A stretch of 38,000 nt of DNA from Macrostomum lignano. Its lineage: Eukaryota. Below, one piece after another: positions 33,154 through 38,000 of this stretch. The stretch covers positions 1 through 38,000 of the forward strand of contig NIVC01003428.1 in assembly GCA_002269645.1 (NCBI GenBank), written 5' to 3'. Both the position numbers and the translations under genes were made by a program. The notes under the pieces were generated by a model. It saw only the letters and a list, made by a program, of their open reading frames with translations, was not told the DNA's origin and did not search any database. The first letter of the stretch is position 1. Each line of letters opens with the position of its first letter.

Positions 33154-36100
33154 TCAGGACGAGGCGCACTGCACTCGCTGACCGCCGCCAGCTCCGTCTT
33201 CATCGTCGGAGTCTGCGCCGCCGGCTGCGGCCCGCATGAAGCCGCCGCGACCGCCTGCGGGTGAATTTAGGTTAATAGTTTAATATTAACGACTTAAATA
33301 GGAAATATAATATGATTATTAGGAATTATAAATAGTTAAAAAACAATGTTCAGAATTAGATTGCGACACGCCGTGCATAAAAAATCTGACTTTGGAAAAA
33401 ATCTCTGTATAAATTGGGAGATAGTATGGTTGGCTGTGCTTTTTGGGTGAAGGCGGTCGAGTGTACATCAAGGGACGGGGTTTGGGGGGTGAAGGCGGTC
33501 TAATGTACATTAAGAGATGGGGTTTTGGGAGTGAAGGTGGTCTAATGTACATTGAGGGACGGAGTTTTGGGGGTGAAGGTGGTCTAATGTACATTGAGGG
33601 ACGGGGTTTTGGGGGTGAAGGTGGTCGAGTGTGCATTGAGGGACCGGGTTTTGAGGGTGAAGGCGGTCGAGTGTACATTGAGGGACGGGGTTTGGGGGTG
33701 AAGATGGTCGAGTGTACATTGAGGGACCGGGTTTTGGGGGTGAAGGCGGTCGAGTGTACATTGAGGGACCGGGTTTTGGGGGTGAAGGCGGTCGAGTGTA
33801 CATTGAGGGACCGGGTTTTGGGGGTGAAGGCGGTCGAGTGTACATTGAGGGACCGGGTTTTTGTAGTGAAGGCGGTCTAATGTACATTGAGGGACCGGGT
33901 TCTGGGGGTGAAGTCGGTCGAGTGTACATTGAGGAACGAGATTTAGGGGGAAGAGATTGAATTGTAATTAGTTGAAGAACGACCGCTGCCAAATTTCTTT
34001 AGACAAAGAGGCAAAGAAAGACACTGCTTTATTAATAATCAACTACTAACTAATGCTGCTCAGTGGTGCAGCGTAGAAACATATTGTCTAAAAAAGAATA
34101 AATCTAATAGTCAGACAGTTGATAAGAGCAAGCTGATTAATAAGCGGCATTAAGCGTATGGTTAGGTAAGAAACTACATAAGGTATAATATCAAATCAGA
34201 CAGATTTAGTTACCAAACTGGCTCCTCATTCTCTCTAAAATGTTTGAGGAGCACGGGGTATTGTGAAGAAAGAGATTTAAATTCAAAGGCGAGGGTCGAG
34301 TTCAAAAATACAAAGTGCATTATGTATTATATAATCTAAAACACTAAAGCAAGCGATATAAAATTTGCACAGTTGTATATACTCTTAGTAAATTTGTTTG
34401 CTTGGTTAGTAACAAATTATTAATTGGCGAATGTTTGCGGAGAAATTAATCGATTTTACTACCGATATGTTTTGTAAGACACTTTTATTGAACTCTCATT
34501 GGATTTAAAAGCTTGTAAAGCAATAATAAATTAATATTACAGATAATTTTATAGCTTAAACATGCCATGTACATCTGCGTAGAGACCTAATCGAAATTCG
34601 ATCTAATATACCGATATGTTGCGTAATAAACTTTTTCCATTAGAAAACTTACCGTCTCTCTGCTGCCTGGCATCCATTTCAGGGTCGAATTCGGTCATGA
34701 CAGTCTCCTCAGCATCGTCGGGAACGATGACTTCCTGTCCTGGCGGAAGCAGTTTGCGCAGCTGCTTCAACTCTTTCTCGCTGAGGAAACCGGTTGGCGG
34801 GAACTCCACAGTGAAATGTATTATAAGGCGGCCCTTCTCGAACGGATTCTTATAAGTTGGCATGCCCTCGTGTTCGACAGTTTTATAGGAGCCGTGGCGA
34901 ATCACTTCGCCAGGTCGCGACTCAATTAGCAGGCTGCGCTGATCCAGGGTGCCAATGACGCGTTTGAATCCGGTCAGCGACTCGTTCAGATTGATGGTGA
35001 GCTTCAAGATGAGGTCGCGACTCCGACGAATGAAGGTCTCGTGCTCGCGCTCCTCTAGCACGATGACGATATCCCCGGGCTCGAGTTCGGGATCTTGATC
35101 GCCTTCGCCGGTGAAACGAATCTGCTGGCCATCCTTCATGCCTTTGTCGATGTTTACTTCGAGTATCTTCTTCTCGCGATTTACCTGCATTTTTTGGATG
35201 TCAAGGGGATTTTTAATCTCAGATTGTACGCCTACTGATTAGCAGTAGTATATCGCAACACAAACATTACTAACCTTTCGTCCTTCGCACTTCTTGCAAC
35301 GATCCTTGGCATTGATCACTTCGCCTTGGCCCTGGCAGTTGCGACAAACAGTCTGGATCTGCTGCACCATGCCAGGAGCCAGCTGGCGAAGGTGCACCTC
35401 CATGCCAGAGCCGCGACAGTTCGAGCAGGCCTGAACAGCGCCGGCTTTGCCGCCCCGACCTTCGCATTTGTCGCAGACGACATTCTTTTGCACGGCTAAT
35501 TTCCTAGTGGCGCCGTTGTACAACTCCTCCAGGGTGACGCCTAGCTGGTGGACAACGTCTTTACCGCGTCGGGGACCGCGCGAACGGCCGCCGCCGCCGA
35601 AGAACATGTCGAATATGTCCATGGGATTGTGGAAGCTGAAGCCTTCGCCCGGCGTGCCCTCCTTCAGGGCCTGAAGTTGGAGGGGTAGGGAGAGAGTGAA
35701 GAGAGTGCATTGTGGGTGAGTGAAGCCAGCGGGTAAAATGAGCACGCGAAATTATAATTTCATGCGAAATAGCAACTTCGGCGTGCAAATGGGGAAATCA
35801 TAAGGCACTTCATATTATAGCATGGGATAAATGAAGGGAGATGGGAATGGGATCAGTGATGGTGGGAGAGGGGAATGGGATAAATGATGATGGGGAGAGG
35901 GGAATGGGATAAATGATGACGGGGAGAGGGGAATGGGATAAATGATGACGGGGAGAGGGGAATGGGATAAATCATGACGGGAGAGGGGAATGGGATCAAT
36001 GATGACGGGGAGAGGGGAATGGGATAAATTATGACGGGGAGAGGGGAATGGGATAAATGATGACGGGGAGAGGGGAATGGGATAAATCATGACGGGGAGA

Positions 36101-36583
36101 GGGGAATGGGATAAATGATGACGGGGAGAGGGGAATGGGATCAGTGATGATGGGTAGAGCTGGGAATGGGATGATGATGGGAGAGGGGAATGGGATAAAT
36201 GATGATGGGAGGGGAATGGGATCAATGATGAAGGGAGAGGGGAATGGGATAAATGATGATGGGAGGGGAATGGGATAAATGATGATAATGGGATGGGGCA
36301 AAAGGGGAAAGGGAAAAAACGGGAAGTGGAACATAAAAAAGCAGAAGCTAATAGCAGAAAGCAAAGTCTCACCTGCTCGCCACCCTCATCATAGATCTTC
36401 CTCTTCTTAGGATCGGATAGCACTTCAAACGCCATGGCAATCTCCTTGAACTTGTCGCCAGCCTCCGGATTCTTGTCCGGATGATATTTCAATGCCAATT
36501 TTCTGTAAGCCTTCTTGAGCTCCTGCTCAGAAGCGTTCGGGGGTCACGCCTAGCAAATCGTAGAACTTTGTTTCCTTAACCAT
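33154..36583 (-). CDS. DNAJA1: DnaJ/Hsp40 subfamily A co-chaperone (DNAJA1/2/4-like), 4 exons, ~412 aa; one apparent +1 frameshift in exon 1
   Basis: Exons 36583-36373, 35670-35275, 35184-34653 and 33254-33154 have matching phases (0, 0, 1). J domain [13 protein letters not shown]...[10 protein letters not shown] region, four CxxCxGx(G/K) zinc motifs, [11 protein letters not shown], and a C-terminal CaaX-like VQCASS*. A G5 run at 36539-36543 has one base too many (expected [16 protein letters not shown]). Confidence 0.95.
33440..33935. repeat. Minisatellite in DNAJA intron 3, 42-bp unit, ~12 copies
   Basis: Unit GTGTACATTGAGGGACCGGGTTTTGGGGGTGAAGGCGGTCGA. Confidence 0.95.
35820..36295. repeat. 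Minisatellite in DNAJA intron 1, 29-bp purine-rich unit
   Basis: Unit GGGAATGGGATAAATGATGACGGGGAGAG. Confidence 0.95.
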
Positions 36584-38000
36584 TGCTGCTGCCTTTAACT
36601 GTAAGATTAATATATAAATAAATAAATTGTAGTATTCACGGTCTCTTTCTGCGAAGATTTGTTTAAATCACAGAGATGGAAGCTTGCAGAGATGCCTGGA
36701 CTATAAGTGTAGTTAATAAAGCAAGTAGCTTTAAAGCATAAAAATAAAGCAATTTTATGGGGTAGGATAGAATTGTGATGTACTTTTGCTTATATCTAGA
36801 AATTTTGTCAAAAAATAAAGTTCAAATTTAATTCTATCAGTTTGACTAAATTATGTTTGTTTGGTATTTAGAAAAAATATTAATAAACGACTACACACTT
36901 AAAGATAACTCAAATTCAGCAATTGATAGAATTATGAAATGTTAAGAATGTGTATACTTCTAATGAAATAAAATATTTATTATTGCTTGATGGTAATAAG
37001 GCCTATTATTAGCCAAAGTGTCATTTAATCCAAATTGGAATCAATAGTAAAATAATAGATTTATTGACAGATAACTATATAGTAGAGGTCTATAGATGCT
37101 TATTTACTATTTTGGGTCTTGCTTGCCCTCACTAGGCCCTACAGATAAGTAGTTTTTTAAAGATTTACCAGGTCAGCACTAAATGGTTAGCAGTTCTATT
37201 CTTAAAGAAAGTGCATTTTAAACAAAGGCTTTAGGTTTAGAACTGTATATAGACCTCTACTTTATGTTTAATCAAAGCCTTAGTGCCTTTACAAGTGCAG
37301 AATAACCAAAAAATTACCCAATAAAATGTTTACCTGATTAAAAAGTTTCTATGTAAACATTTTGATAGGATTTTATTTTACTAATACAGAACTATATATA
37401 TTGCAGATAATATACTCAATGATATAATTTTCCCACATACATGAGCCCTTGTTTTTTTTTTTTTTGTGTGCATATTTATATAAAAATTAATATGCCTACA
37501 ACACTTGAGATTATGCTTGGCATATACCAAATTGTGCATAGAATTTAGAACTAGAATTTTTTGGAAACTTAGGTCTAAAATTTGTTAGTAATTAATAATG
37601 AGAACAGTACTAAAAACACTAGTATTAACTAATGATCTACATAGTTGAATATGTTGACTATCAACTAAATTCATACGTGTGCAACTGCCCTGATTTATAT
37701 CACAGATACTAGAATAACTAGATAGGCCACTCAACATATTTATATATAAACTTTCAGTTTAGTAGCAAGTCAAACAGAAGCCGTTTCAATATACTTTTAA
37801 ATTCAAGGCTTATCTAGCCAAAACTTCAATTGCTACTTCTATACTACCCCCCACCCCAATTTTTATTGCCTTTCTTAGAATTTAGCTAAAGCTACCATGT
37901 AAATTTCAATTTCTGGCTAATATACATTAGTGCTAAACCAAATTAATAAGTTATTTAAACCTGCAAGCTTGGGCTTTTAAAGTTATTAAAGTCATTTCAG

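Noticed and set aside
31475-33992. Repetitive ORFs ([44 protein letters not shown]) as structural proteins
   Set aside because: They are translations of intronic minisatellites whose unit length is a multiple of 3. They are open in several frames and on both strands. The same applies to ORFs at 2078-2675, 12843-13358, 20952-21821, 24891-25289 and 35815-36364.
36527-36547. DNAJA as a pseudogene or programmed-frameshift gene
   Set aside because: The only lesion is one extra base in a G5 homopolymer. All other exons, splice sites and motifs are intact, so a sequencing error is the simplest explanation. No slippery-site or pseudoknot context is evident.
36620-38000. AT-rich region upstream of DNAJA searched for RNA genes, heat-shock elements or further exons
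   Set aside because: No tRNA, snoRNA or rRNA pattern, no convincing nGAAn array and no coding signal could be supported.

Overview
Eukaryotic (animal) genomic DNA with GT-AG introns and the standard genetic code. GC-rich Ala/Gln-rich exons and introns packed with minisatellites suggest a flatworm such as Macrostomum (inference only). The window has three zones. (1) 1-7121, + strand: the 3' half of a RIM-binding-protein-like gene (FN3, FN3, SH3, SH3). Its intron 1552-5533 holds a 2.4-kb in-phase exon (2717-5103) that encodes an unrecognised alternating Gly-rich repeat domain and a 6 x 11-mer amphipathic helix. This exon appears to be an alternative last exon that replaces the two C-terminal SH3 domains. 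(2) 7.4-23 kb: an accessory zone with MITE-like and Helitron-like elements, many minisatellites, a 2.9-kb 20-bp satellite and three small WSC-domain genes. Two of these are a tandem duplicate whose promoters are far more similar than their coding regions. (3) 23.3-36.6 kb, - strand: three co-oriented conserved genes, DNAJA-type Hsp40, a USF-like bHLH-ZIP factor and cytoplasmic aspartyl-tRNA synthetase. Each is preceded by a splice acceptor with no evident upstream donor, suggesting a trans-spliced or operon-like cluster. Several 1-bp frameshifts (RIMBP exons, DNAJA exon 1) mostly fall in G runs and are probably assembly errors. Exon boundaries and phases were checked by hand. Identities are by-eye estimates and no database search was possible.
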